Positions 1-9,166 of a DNA stretch of 64,000 nt are shown here, piece after piece. A program made the translations under genes and the position numbers. The DNA is from Bdellovibrionota bacterium (lineage in GTDB: Bacteria > Bdellovibrionota > UBA1018 > CAIPTA01 > JAALKR01), in the NCBI GenBank assembly GCA_965207455.1, contig CBDBMJ010000001.1, forward strand, positions 480,001 through 544,000, given 5' to 3'. The stretch's first letter is position 1; the number at the start of each line of letters is the position of its first letter. The notes under the pieces are model-generated. The model saw only the letters and a list, made by a program, of their open reading frames with translations. It had not been told where the DNA came from and searched no databases.

Positions 1-516
1 TCGAAAATGGGGCGTTCCCTCGGGTTGTATGCATTCCTGCATGGGGTTGGTGTGGATAATCATGGCCTTGGCTTCGAGGGACTCCACTAGTTCCACGATA
101 CGCGAGGTGGGTAGGTGGATTACTTGGGATAGTCCTAGGTTTCCTAAAAGTTGCACGGCTGGAGCAGAACGTCGAATATGGCGCCACTCCTGTTGAGCCG
201 TTTTATCTTCCAATTGACGACGTTGGGATCCCACTCCCATAAGCCACCCCCTCTCTTCCGAGGCTAGGGCCAGGGTCTGGTTGATGGAGAGGCTGTCTTT
301 ATGCCCTGCGGTCATGGAGCTAATAAACAGAGGGGTAGAGAGGATCTCGCCCTGAAATGTTGTTCGTATATCCACGTCTGTAAAATTTAAGTCGGGCAGG
401 GCGTTGTGGATCAGGGTGATACGATGGAGGTCGGAAAAGTTCTCAGTTTGAGAGCCGTCCTCCAAGGCGATCCGTATATGATCTCGCTTTCTTTTTTCAA
501 ATTGCTCTTCTAACAT
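1..516 (-). CDS. fni: Type 2 isopentenyl-diphosphate delta-isomerase (runs off window edge)
   Basis: Not in the ORF track. Manual translation from ATG at 516 gives MLEEQFEKRKRDHIRIALED...LIHNALPDLNFTDVD...PLFISSMTAG...MGVGSQRRQL, which are typical IDI-2 motifs. Confidence 0.9.
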   Translation of the reverse strand, partial: MLEEQFEKRKRDHIRIALEDGSQTENFSDLHRITLIHNALPDLNFTDVDIRTTFQGEILSTPLFISSMTAGHKDSLSINQTLALASEERGWLMGVGSQRRQLEDKTAQQEWRHIRRSAPAVQLLGNLGLSQVIHLPTSRIVELVESLEAKAMIIHTNPMQECIQPEGTPHFR

Positions 517-632
517 TAGATTCCTCTCTCTTCTTATAAACGCGGCTTACGAGGAATCAAAGGATAATCACGGGAATTTCTTTATAATGGGGAAAAACAC
601 TCAAGAAAGAATGAAGAAGAAAATTTTTTGGA

Positions 633-655
633 GAACCCCTATAACCTAGGGGTTC
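633..655. terminator. 9-bp hairpin downstream of the 698..1156 gene, probable terminator
   Basis: GAACCCCTA-TAACC-TAGGGGTTC perfect inverted repeat. Confidence 0.5.
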
Positions 656-697
656 CTTTTCTCTTATACGCTTAAAGATTTAATCCTTTGAATCTTC

Positions 698-1156
698 TTA
701 GCGGCTGTATATTTCTGGGAACAAACATTGCTTCAGTACTACTCCACGCATGTTTTCGCTCTCTCTCTCGTGAACTGTAAATCCATCTACAGGTCTTCCA
801 TTCGCATCGACTACTACCACAACTAATACCATACTGACAGAACCTTCCTGATCAGACACAGCATGATAATATGCCAGCCCCTCAATCGTTTCGTAGAATT
901 CTAGCGTAAACACTGGACCCGGTTTCAAAAGATTTGTGGTTAACGTAGTAGTTCCATCCTCACTTTTAACAACAGTCATCGTACAGTCTCCAGCATCCAT
1001 ATGTCCTTCGCCCGTATATTTTCCTAGTGCCACTCCTGGTTCCACTCCTGGTGTCACTCTGGGTACTTCCTCTTCTGTTTTTCCTAAGCTAGAAAGAGCA
1101 AGACTTGCTATCATTACCGTACTTAAAAGAACGGCTTTTATGTATTTTTTGTTCAT
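698..1156 (-). CDS. Hypothetical secreted protein
   Basis: Signal-peptide-like N-terminus and AAGGAG RBS; no family recognised. Confidence 0.7.
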   Translation of the reverse strand: MNKKYIKAVLLSTVMIASLALSSLGKTEEEVPRVTPGVEPGVALGKYTGEGHMDAGDCTMTVVKSEDGTTTLTTNLLKPGPVFTLEFYETIEGLAYYHAVSDQEGSVSMVLVVVVVDANGRPVDGFTVHERESENMRGVVLKQCLFPEIYSR

Positions 1157-1273
1157 TTTATTTCTCCTTTAATATTGCTGCCCATCATTGTTGATGGATA
1201 GCAATAAAATATAGGAAGTATTGCGACAGGTCAAGCTTATTTTTCCCAAATAAAGAGAAATTCAGCGCATTGC

Positions 1274-1906
1274 TTAAAATACAAGTGAGACTGGTTTCCT
1301 GCTGCAAGGATATTTTTCAGCACATATTTCCTTAGCATTAATGCCTATGTGCCCACCAGGGTTCAGTCCCCAACATTTTGTATCACTCTCATTGACGTCA
1401 GTAGTGCTAGGATCATCTCTTACAGTTGCACACATACTGTTTCCCCACACTACCCAAGCTCTAACAACATTTTTTAAGTTCAAAACCGAAACGCCTGTGG
1501 TTGGACTATTCATTTTAGTATTATTACCCAACTGACCAAAAAAATTCTCCCCCCAACACTTCATAGTGCCGCCCTCATTGAACGTAGAAGTACTTTTATC
1601 ATCTGCTAAAAGTGCGCATGCGTGGGAAAGTCCAACAAAAACTTCGGTTGCACTTGTTATACCAGAAATCCAAGTTACTTTAGTGTCTGTAGATTGATTC
1701 CAACATCCAACTCTACCTTGTTCATTGACTTCAGGAGTATTGGCATAGTCGGCTGAAACAACACAGAGTCGATTATTATTATTATGACCTATATAGGTTG
1801 CTTTTACATCTTTGGCATATTCTGGAAGATTTCCCTCAGGTCCAACTGTTGCCAATGCCAAATTTGAATATAGAGCAAGAAAACTTATTATTACTATACT
1901 TTTCAT
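1274..1906 (-). CDS. Secreted RCC1/BLIP-II-like repeat protein (short)
   Basis: Signal peptide; motifs HACALL...KCWGENFFGQLG and KCWGLN; AGGAGG RBS. Confidence 0.85.
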   Translation of the reverse strand: MKSIVIISFLALYSNLALATVGPEGNLPEYAKDVKATYIGHNNNNRLCVVSADYANTPEVNEQGRVGCWNQSTDTKVTWISGITSATEVFVGLSHACALLADDKSTSTFNEGGTMKCWGENFFGQLGNNTKMNSPTTGVSVLNLKNVVRAWVVWGNSMCATVRDDPSTTDVNESDTKCWGLNPGGHIGINAKEICAEKYPCSRKPVSLVF

Positions 1907-1943
1907 ACTGGTACCTCCTTCTTATTATCACGTTAGGCTTTAT

Positions 1944-1972
1944 ATCCTACCATAAAAAATGCAATGCGTCAA
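1944..1972 (-). promoter_or_regulatory. Sigma70-like promoter of the RCC1 gene
   Basis: TTGACG-N17-TAGGAT with extended -10 TG on the minus strand. Confidence 0.55.
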
Positions 1973-2059
1973 ACTCTTTTATTATGAGTCAATACGTACG
2001 ACAGCGCAGGACAGGACGGAATTCAGTTTTGGAGGTCACAGCAGTATTTCAATTTTTTT

Positions 2060-2839
2060 CTACTTCTTTTGTGTTGCTTGCGCTAAACTTTGAAGTTCTT
2101 TGAGCCATTCCTCAATATCTGCAGCGACATTATGGTCGCCATCGTTCTTATCTGCAGCTTGCTCAAGCACTGCTACCTTTGTTGCCACAGATGTGTTTAA
2201 TTCCATAATAGCACTGGCATACTTATATACTTCTGAAGGATATGCATTATGAGTTTCTAATGCGCTCTGGATCAGTTTTACGGCTCTTTCAGTTAGTGTG
2301 CTTTGTTCTGAAGTTATTTTTTCTAATCTGGGAATTATAAAGGCCACATCAGTTAATGCGTCGATTGTTAGGAGTAAGGCATAAGGAGTAGATCCATAAT
2401 CAGTGCCGTCCTTGCTTAAAGTTTCCTGATGATTCTCAAGATATGCTACAGTTTCTTCCACAAAAGCTAAAACTTTTTCGAGAGGATTTAATATTTTTTG
2501 CTCCATTTCCATGGCATTTTTGGGAGACACCTTTAGCTGGGAAGTGACAGAGAGCATTTTCCTCATTCCACCGGAAAGAGTTGCTTGATAAAATCTTTCT
2601 GTATAGGAATTTAAGACGGTGTTATGATGTTTTGATTTTTCTTCATCAGACAGGTCTGACTGATCGATTATTTGGAGTAGACTGGTTCGTAGTTCTTCCA
2701 CACCTTTTCGGTTATCATTTTCCATTTGAGAAAATCTAGATAGTACTTCTTTTTCAACTTCTGGATATGTTGTGTTGGCAAAAGATTGGGTGCTGATTGT
2801 GAGTAGGAAAATAATAAATAGATTTTTGATAGTTTTCAT
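2060..2839 (-). CDS. Hypothetical secreted alpha-helical protein
   Basis: Signal peptide ending SFA; AAGGAG RBS; helical composition. Confidence 0.75.
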   Translation of the reverse strand: MKTIKNLFIIFLLTISTQSFANTTYPEVEKEVLSRFSQMENDNRKGVEELRTSLLQIIDQSDLSDEEKSKHHNTVLNSYTERFYQATLSGGMRKMLSVTSQLKVSPKNAMEMEQKILNPLEKVLAFVEETVAYLENHQETLSKDGTDYGSTPYALLLTIDALTDVAFIIPRLEKITSEQSTLTERAVKLIQSALETHNAYPSEVYKYASAIMELNTSVATKVAVLEQAADKNDGDHNVAADIEEWLKELQSLAQATQKK

Positions 2840-2987
2840 TGGGTTCTCCTTATTTAATTTGTGTTAAGCATTATTGCTTAACTCTGTAGTTCTTTTAAAA
2901 GGAAAGGCTCAGAGATGTCAATAGTTTTTGTAGGGGGTGTAGGAGCAAAAGGAAAGATCATGCCACGGTGTATAATATTTTTTATTA

Positions 2988-3252
2988 TTAACAATTTAAT
3001 GTAACCCCAGCGGAGGAGTTAAGGCGCTTAGGGTAAGAATCACAGCTTAACTGGGATTTATTCTTCGCATCAGCTCTTACCCATGAACTCAGGATCATCG
3101 CTGCTGTTTTTTCTGCTGTGTCGGAGCTTAATAGTGCCAGCGACTTTGCATACTTTTGGGTGATCTTTAATATCCGTATGACCAGGAGCTGCTTGCATCG
3201 CAGATAGGTCACGAATTGTCATAAGTGCCATCGTAGCGTATGTGCTCCGCAA
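2988..3252 (-). pseudogene. C-terminal remnant of a tyrosine recombinase/integrase, frameshifted
   Basis: Joining two ORF-track frames at a 1-nt shift near 3165 gives LRSTYATMALMTIRDLSAMQAAPGHTDIK-ITQKYAK, matching box II (HxLRHT.AT...LGH.....T..Y). Confidence 0.75.
3005..3050 (+). repeat. 46-bp imperfect direct repeat, copy 1
   Basis: 35/46 identical (hand alignment, no gaps) to 5951-5996. Confidence 0.75.
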
Positions 3253-3253
3253 C

Positions 3254-5035
3254 TTAATGTAGAGATTTTCTAGCAATATCTAAGGCTTTTTCCTCATTTG
3301 CGACACCGCCATATTTTACTTTAAATCGTAATGAATCAATCGGCGTTACTGAATCACGAATTATAGATATAATTTGTCTAGGTGAAAGAGAAGGATTGAT
3401 GAATTTAATCTTGGCAGCAATTCTTGTGACATAAGGAGCGGCCATTGAGGTGCCAGATTTTTTGCCTATTGCATTTTCTGGTTCAAGAGAGCTGATATTT
3501 TCTCCGGGAGCGGCTACATCTACTGCTATTTTACTATAATTTGAAGAACGAGATAGTTTATTATTCTCATCGACAGAGGCAACAACTAACATATTAGCAT
3601 GCTCATACACAGCAGGGTATTGAGGTGATTTACTCAAATTCGAGCCTGTATTTCCAGCGGCAACAACAAATAATATATCTGGATATTTTTGCATAGCTTT
3701 GCTGAAGAGCTTCCAAGCACCTTCAGATTTAGCACCACCCAGGCTCATATTTATAATTCTTGATCCTTTCTTATGGGCAAGGGCAACTGCATCGGATAAA
3801 AAATTATGCATAATTTTTGAGGTTCTTATAGGGAATATGGCAATTTCGTCACTTCCCTGAGATGCTATACCTGCAACGTGGGTTCCATGATTTGATGAAT
3901 CATCGGAGATAGTAAATTGATTATAGTCATACGGCTGCGCATCATTATCTCGGTAGTCCCAACCGATATTAAGAGTTCCGTTGGGGCGTGGAATTTTGTA
4001 AGCTAAGTATGGGTGATTATAATCCACTCCGCTGTCCAGTATAGTGACTAAAACTCTATCAACTCTATTTACTGCAATTTCAAGCAATTCAGAAATTTGT
4101 TGTGGGTGATTGCAGTGGGAATAAATCTCTTCAAAAGTTTTCACAGCTCTGTTTACATATACAGTCCTTTTCACTTCTCCATCTGCTGTAAGCCATTGCT
4201 TTTTTTTAAGATGATTCTCACTATTATATTCCCATGTTTGTCCACCAATAAAATTACAATTTGAGTCATAACCTGCTTCGATTAATCCATTATCACTCTC
4301 ATCCCGGTCTTTTTTGTTATTAACGTTGATATATGATCCCTCTTTACTCTTTTTGTAATCATAGATAGTTATTTTAATGCTTGATGGTGGCGGAGAGCCA
4401 AACAATATCTCAACCCTTCTATTGTCACTGTCATGATTAGAATCAGGATATTTAATTTTTTTGACAACTTTCCCAGATAATTGTTCCACAATTTTTTTTA
4501 TTTTTTCCTCATCGAAGATTTCGTCATGATGCTCACATAGAATTTTTTCTCCAATTTTATGAAATTTAAACCAATTACCAAACTGCTCTTTAATAGCTTT
4601 GTTAACTTTTTTACGCCTATCTTTTAAATATTTTTTGTATTCAGGTTCTTTATCAGGATTGCTTGAAATTAATTTAATAAAAGATTCTGCAGGATTATTT
4701 GCTGGAAAATAGAGATCAATTTTCTTATCTCTTCCAATCGATCCATTATGCGTGGCAACATCTCCTTTATCTGATATCCACAAAGAATCTATATCTTTGA
4801 AACTGCGAATATTTTTTGTCTTATTCAAGGCATCTTTGAATTTTTTTAAACCCTCCAGATATATTTTTTCATTAACTCCAAAAAATCTTGGATTACCAAA
4901 TCCGCTTCCTTTGTATCCATGATTTTCCTTTAATATTTTATATATTTCACTTTCTAATTCATTGACGTCTTGAGCAAAGGATGTGCTCGATAGTAAAAGA
5001 AAAATGGAAAGTATTGTTAGTAAAGCTTTCCTCAT
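3254..5035 (-). CDS. Secreted S8 (subtilisin-like) serine peptidase with a long N-terminal extension
   Basis: ILDSG, HGTHVAG, AAGN and SGTSMAAP motifs all intact; signal peptide. Confidence 0.93.
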   Translation of the reverse strand: MRKALLTILSIFLLLSSTSFAQDVNELESEIYKILKENHGYKGSGFGNPRFFGVNEKIYLEGLKKFKDALNKTKNIRSFKDIDSLWISDKGDVATHNGSIGRDKKIDLYFPANNPAESFIKLISSNPDKEPEYKKYLKDRRKKVNKAIKEQFGNWFKFHKIGEKILCEHHDEIFDEEKIKKIVEQLSGKVVKKIKYPDSNHDSDNRRVEILFGSPPPSSIKITIYDYKKSKEGSYINVNNKKDRDESDNGLIEAGYDSNCNFIGGQTWEYNSENHLKKKQWLTADGEVKRTVYVNRAVKTFEEIYSHCNHPQQISELLEIAVNRVDRVLVTILDSGVDYNHPYLAYKIPRPNGTLNIGWDYRDNDAQPYDYNQFTISDDSSNHGTHVAGIASQGSDEIAIFPIRTSKIMHNFLSDAVALAHKKGSRIINMSLGGAKSEGAWKLFSKAMQKYPDILFVVAAGNTGSNLSKSPQYPAVYEHANMLVVASVDENNKLSRSSNYSKIAVDVAAPGENISSLEPENAIGKKSGTSMAAPYVTRIAAKIKFINPSLSPRQIISIIRDSVTPIDSLRFKVKYGGVANEEKALDIARKSLH

Positions 5036-5775
5036 TTTTTATTCATATCCTCATAAAGCTTATTAAGATGAAATTTGGCAGCTCTAATCTGTTTAAGCCA
5101 TGCGCTAGGTTCAAGATGTTCCGCATTTTCAATAAAAGCGTTGAAATGTTGAATGGCCTTCTTTTTATTATTTAAAATTTCATAACATTGCCCTATCCTG
5201 AAATGGGCTAAAAGAGCATGCTTTTTAAGTTTAAGTACTTCAAAATATTTATCAATAGCTTTTTTGCAATTGTTCTCTTCTTTATAAATTTCTCCTATTG
5301 CAAATAGAGCGGAAATATTCTTATTATTTATATTAATTGCTTTTTTGAAATATTTTTTTGCTTCTTTTAGATTTCCTTGATCAAGGGATAGCGCTCCAAG
5401 ATTATAATAGATAATATCATCTTTTTTTTCAAATTTAAGAGAATTTATATACATTTCTTTTGCTTTTTTAAATTTCTTTAAACGGTGATATGAGTACCCA
5501 AGACCTTTGATTGCAGTTACTGATTGAGATGATAGCTTCAAAGCTTTTTTATAATATTTAATAGCATCGTGATGTCGATTTTTTTGTGAAAATATTTGTC
5601 CAAGTTCTAAGTAAGAATTTAAATCATTAGGATCTTTTTTGATTTTGTTAAGGCGGTCATCAATTAAAATATCTTTATAGGAATTATTTTCTCTCCATAT
5701 TGGTTTGTCTTTTATTTTTATTTCAGCAAATGCTAAATTATGCAAGATACCTATTATCAAAAATGCCGCCTTCAT
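5032..5775 (-). CDS. Secreted TPR-repeat protein
   Basis: Repeated TPR patterns (YLELGQIF...AIKYYKKALKL; YYNLGAL...AKKYFKKAI); ATGA overlap with the S8 gene. Confidence 0.9.
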   Translation of the reverse strand: MKAAFLIIGILHNLAFAEIKIKDKPIWRENNSYKDILIDDRLNKIKKDPNDLNSYLELGQIFSQKNRHHDAIKYYKKALKLSSQSVTAIKGLGYSYHRLKKFKKAKEMYINSLKFEKKDDIIYYNLGALSLDQGNLKEAKKYFKKAININNKNISALFAIGEIYKEENNCKKAIDKYFEVLKLKKHALLAHFRIGQCYEILNNKKKAIQHFNAFIENAEHLEPSAWLKQIRAAKFHLNKLYEDMNKK

Positions 5776-5950
5776 AATACCTCTAGGCTCATTTTATCAT
5801 AATTATTTTGGACCCTGTTACATAAATATGTTCGTTCGCACGATAGTATACCAAGGAATTCGCACTTTAATGAACCGGGTCAAAACCCCAATTTGAATGT
5901 GATTAAATACCTGTTGTTCTTATTATGGAAATAAAAGGCATTGCTACCTG

Positions 5951-5996
5951 CCCCAGCAGACATATTAAGGCATCTAAGGTAAGAATCACAATTTAA
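5951..5996 (+). repeat. 46-bp imperfect direct repeat, copy 2
   Basis: CCCCAGC...TTAAGGC...GGTAAGAATCACA..TTAA shared with 3005-3050. Confidence 0.75.
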
Positions 5997-6162
5997 GAAG
6001 GGGAGTAACGAGTTGAAATACGCACTATTTTTCAGAGAATAGCGGAGTCACAGAAATGACACTATGAGTTATCTCCAGTCTTGGCACTCCTTTTGCATTA
6101 TGGTGCTTAGCCTGTGATGGGCTTTAAAAAAATAAATGAAAATAAATGAAAGGAAATATATA

Positions 6163-8961
6163 ATGGAAATCAAAAAACTTAGTATAATCATTGCCTGTAT
6201 CAGTATTGCGGCCTGTTCCTCTGATCCTTCTGGAGATGTATCGGAGTCTAAGCGGGATAATAATCTAACCACAGGTGATACAGAAACAAAACCACCTATT
6301 CTAAAAAGGAAGACTCAGGCGCAGGAGAGGGCATTTTCTCTATACCGGACGGTGTACAGTCAGTCTCAGTCTCAAGTATTGCAAGAGTCTCAATTTTTAG
6401 AGACTTTGCCCTGTTTTCTCATAGCTATGCAAAATAGCCATAACGCCGATGTTTCTGAAGTACTGCCTCAGATTGAGTCCTGTATGAATAGTGCTTTTGC
6501 TTGGCGACGAATACGTCAGCAGGAGTTTAAAAATGATCCATATTCCACGGTATATGATGAATTTCGGTCGGAAAATAAAAAATGGATCCCTTTACTTTTA
6601 TCCCGGGGTTTACCTAAGGGTGTTCCTTCTCGTAGTGTATTAGAAATATTGGGCATGTTGTATGAGGCACAGAGGTCTGCTTTCCATAGGGAAGCAATCT
6701 TCCTATCCAAGGTGTTTGAGAATCAAGGAATGAAATTGTCTGCATTAGCGCCATCCATACTATCCTTTGTTTTTTATCATGGGAATCGAGAGGATACAGT
6801 TTTGGAGTATGGAGAGTTATACTTAGGTACTATTTTTTCTAGAATCAATGAGTTGAGCAATTATGTGACGATTAAAAGCCCGGAGTCCTCTCCCAGTCAG
6901 TGGATGCCGTTTCAGAATAAAATTGTACTTTCTCCTGCATTTGATGCGCTTTTTAAGTATTTGCAAAAGGATAAACCAGTTGACGTAAAGGTAAATTTAT
7001 TGATTCAAAAACTGACATTGAAAAAAGACAGTATTGAAGAGTATTTTGAAGATGCTATTTATGAAATTTCTTCTCTACAGGAGCGATTGAAATCGGAAGA
7101 TAATACTTCGTTGGAAGCAAGAGAAATTCTCTATAGAAAAATAAGGAAGAAAGAAGAGGAAACGGGAAAAGCTATTCGCACATATATGGTGTTTTTAGAG
7201 GATAAAGATCCAAAAAAATCGAAAGAATTAAAAACAAGACTTGAAGGGTTGCTTACGATCTATAAAAATATATCTGATTTATTTGCAGAAAAGAAAAGTC
7301 CAGAGGAAGTTGTGAGTGGTATTGCCCACGCTGCCTTAAGTATTATTTCTCTTATCAAGGGAGACTCCTACCTTGGATTTTTTGGGAATAGAGCCATTTT
7401 GGATAATCTTATGAAGATACAGGAAAAAATAAAGGAATTAAGGGAAGAAATACATGAGAGATTTAATTTAATAAGTGATCAGTTGGATGAGATTAATGAA
7501 TTGATTTTAAAAAGTATTGATGTAAATCAAGAAAATTTTTCAGATATCAAGATAGCTTTAAACAAGATTATAAAAGAGAACAGATCTATTAAATTTATTG
7601 GAATGGAGGGTTTTAAGCATACCCTTACTCAGCCGTACGATAATAAGGAAGAGGTTTGTTTTGTTGCTCTTTCCGCATCTAAAGAGGAATCGCAAGAACT
7701 TCCACGGAATATATTATATGAATGTCTTGGAAGCTTCTCGAGCCGTGCCACCCATTTATCGAAAAATCCGCTTATATCAGGAAAAACTTATGAAGAAAAC
7801 TGGGATAACTTGTTTTACAAAAAGCCTGAGGAAATATTCGGACTTCTGCCCACTTTAATACGAAAATATAATTCCAATTTTCATATAAAGGATCTGCCTC
7901 ATCCAGGAGAATGGGCTAAAGGAGTTCAAAATTACCTAAGTTTTGCTTTAGAGACTAAAACTAGGATCAATAGTGAGGTTCTAGGAAGCATGAAAGAAGA
8001 AGGTAAAAAATTAATAGACACTTTAGGAGAATTAAGGAATGAAAATTTTCTGAATATGATTATTTCAGATACTAAATGGAATATGAAAGAAATACTGGAA
8101 AATATAAAATCAGAAATCACTCTTTTTGAGTCGAAGAATTTAAAAGGAAATGAATTTCTTTTATTGAAAAATCAAGACTTGAAAAAAATAGATACCGTTA
8201 GACTGGCTTTGGCACTGGGTCTTGTAAAAGAGAAGATTTCTGTGGATGTTTGGTTTACTGTTGAGGGGATGGGGAATAAACGTTATTATGCCAATAGCGC
8301 TAATCATATTTCAGGACGTCACTATCTCCAATGGCATGCCGTAAGAGCAATTCATATTATGGACAAGGATGGATCATCTTTGGGCGTGCACAGAAAACGC
8401 TATTATACTGGTAGAAAATATGGAACTTCAATCGGAGTTTCTTCCTCACGTAATGAAGATGTTGAGAGAACTAGCTGGTCAAGGTGGAATTTCCGCAAAG
8501 AGGCTGGGAGAGTAAGAGAATATGTTAAAAATTATTCATCGAATGGAAAAATTACTCCTGTGGATACAGCAGAATTGGAAGAGCTAGTGTATGCAATGGT
8601 TATTATGGAAAAAGAAAGGATGCATAGGAAAATAGCACTGGATTTTACAAGAAAGTTTTCCATGGAAGAGGGCAAGAAAATAAAAATGATCCAAAATCGC
8701 TTGCTGGCTAAGTTTATTGTCTCTTCCACATACCCACAAAACAAACAGGGATTGATGGAGGCAAAGGAAGTATTTCAAGTTCTTATGAGTCCCTTAGAGT
8801 TACAGGAGAAACTTCTGGAGTCTAAGGATTACCATGATCTAGAAAGTAAAATGCATATACCTACGGAAGTTTTAAAACTGCCTAAGGATACATTAAATTT
8901 GGATTCCTTTCTCTACACTGTACAGAATCAAATAGAAGCCATGGAATACTGGATTCCATAG
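6163..8961 (+). CDS. Large hypothetical lipoprotein with a central coiled coil
   Basis: Start at 6163 preferred (AAAGGA RBS); lipobox IAAC; long heptad-rich helical segment. Confidence 0.8.
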   Translation: MEIKKLSIIIACISIAACSSDPSGDVSESKRDNNLTTGDTETKPPILKRKTQAQERAFSLYRTVYSQSQSQVLQESQFLETLPCFLIAMQNSHNADVSEVLPQIESCMNSAFAWRRIRQQEFKNDPYSTVYDEFRSENKKWIPLLLSRGLPKGVPSRSVLEILGMLYEAQRSAFHREAIFLSKVFENQGMKLSALAPSILSFVFYHGNREDTVLEYGELYLGTIFSRINELSNYVTIKSPESSPSQWMPFQNKIVLSPAFDALFKYLQKDKPVDVKVNLLIQKLTLKKDSIEEYFEDAIYEISSLQERLKSEDNTSLEAREILYRKIRKKEEETGKAIRTYMVFLEDKDPKKSKELKTRLEGLLTIYKNISDLFAEKKSPEEVVSGIAHAALSIISLIKGDSYLGFFGNRAILDNLMKIQEKIKELREEIHERFNLISDQLDEINELILKSIDVNQENFSDIKIALNKIIKENRSIKFIGMEGFKHTLTQPYDNKEEVCFVALSASKEESQELPRNILYECLGSFSSRATHLSKNPLISGKTYEENWDNLFYKKPEEIFGLLPTLIRKYNSNFHIKDLPHPGEWAKGVQNYLSFALETKTRINSEVLGSMKEEGKKLIDTLGELRNENFLNMIISDTKWNMKEILENIKSEITLFESKNLKGNEFLLLKNQDLKKIDTVRLALALGLVKEKISVDVWFTVEGMGNKRYYANSANHISGRHYLQWHAVRAIHIMDKDGSSLGVHRKRYYTGRKYGTSIGVSSSRNEDVERTSWSRWNFRKEAGRVREYVKNYSSNGKITPVDTAELEELVYAMVIMEKERMHRKIALDFTRKFSMEEGKKIKMIQNRLLAKFIVSSTYPQNKQGLMEAKEVFQVLMSPLELQEKLLESKDYHDLESKMHIPTEVLKLPKDTLNLDSFLYTVQNQIEAMEYWIP

Positions 8962-8964
8962 AAG

Positions 8965-8992
8965 TTTTGTATTACTGATAACGTGATTCAAC
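8965..8992 (+). repeat. 28-bp direct repeat, copy 1
   Basis: TTTTGTATTACTGATAACGTGATTCAAC, 26/28 identical to 10704-10731. Confidence 0.85.
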
Positions 8993-9166
8993 CTAGCCGC
9001 ATTGCAATTCTCACCTGAAAACAGGTAAAAATTAGCCTAAACTCTCCTACGAAGAGATCAGCATAAAAATAATTAATTGAAATTATTAAAATTAATGATA
9101 TACTGTAATTGTCGGGTATTCTTAACAAAAGATGGATATTTTTAACACAATGAATGGGGGCATTCT

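Noticed and set aside
1995..2040. GGA-rich stretch as CsrB-like sRNA
   Set aside because: Only four GGA motifs, with no supporting hairpins, promoter or terminator
2988..3276. Two small independent genes (74 aa and 68 aa)
   Set aside because: Better explained as two frames of one integrase remnant
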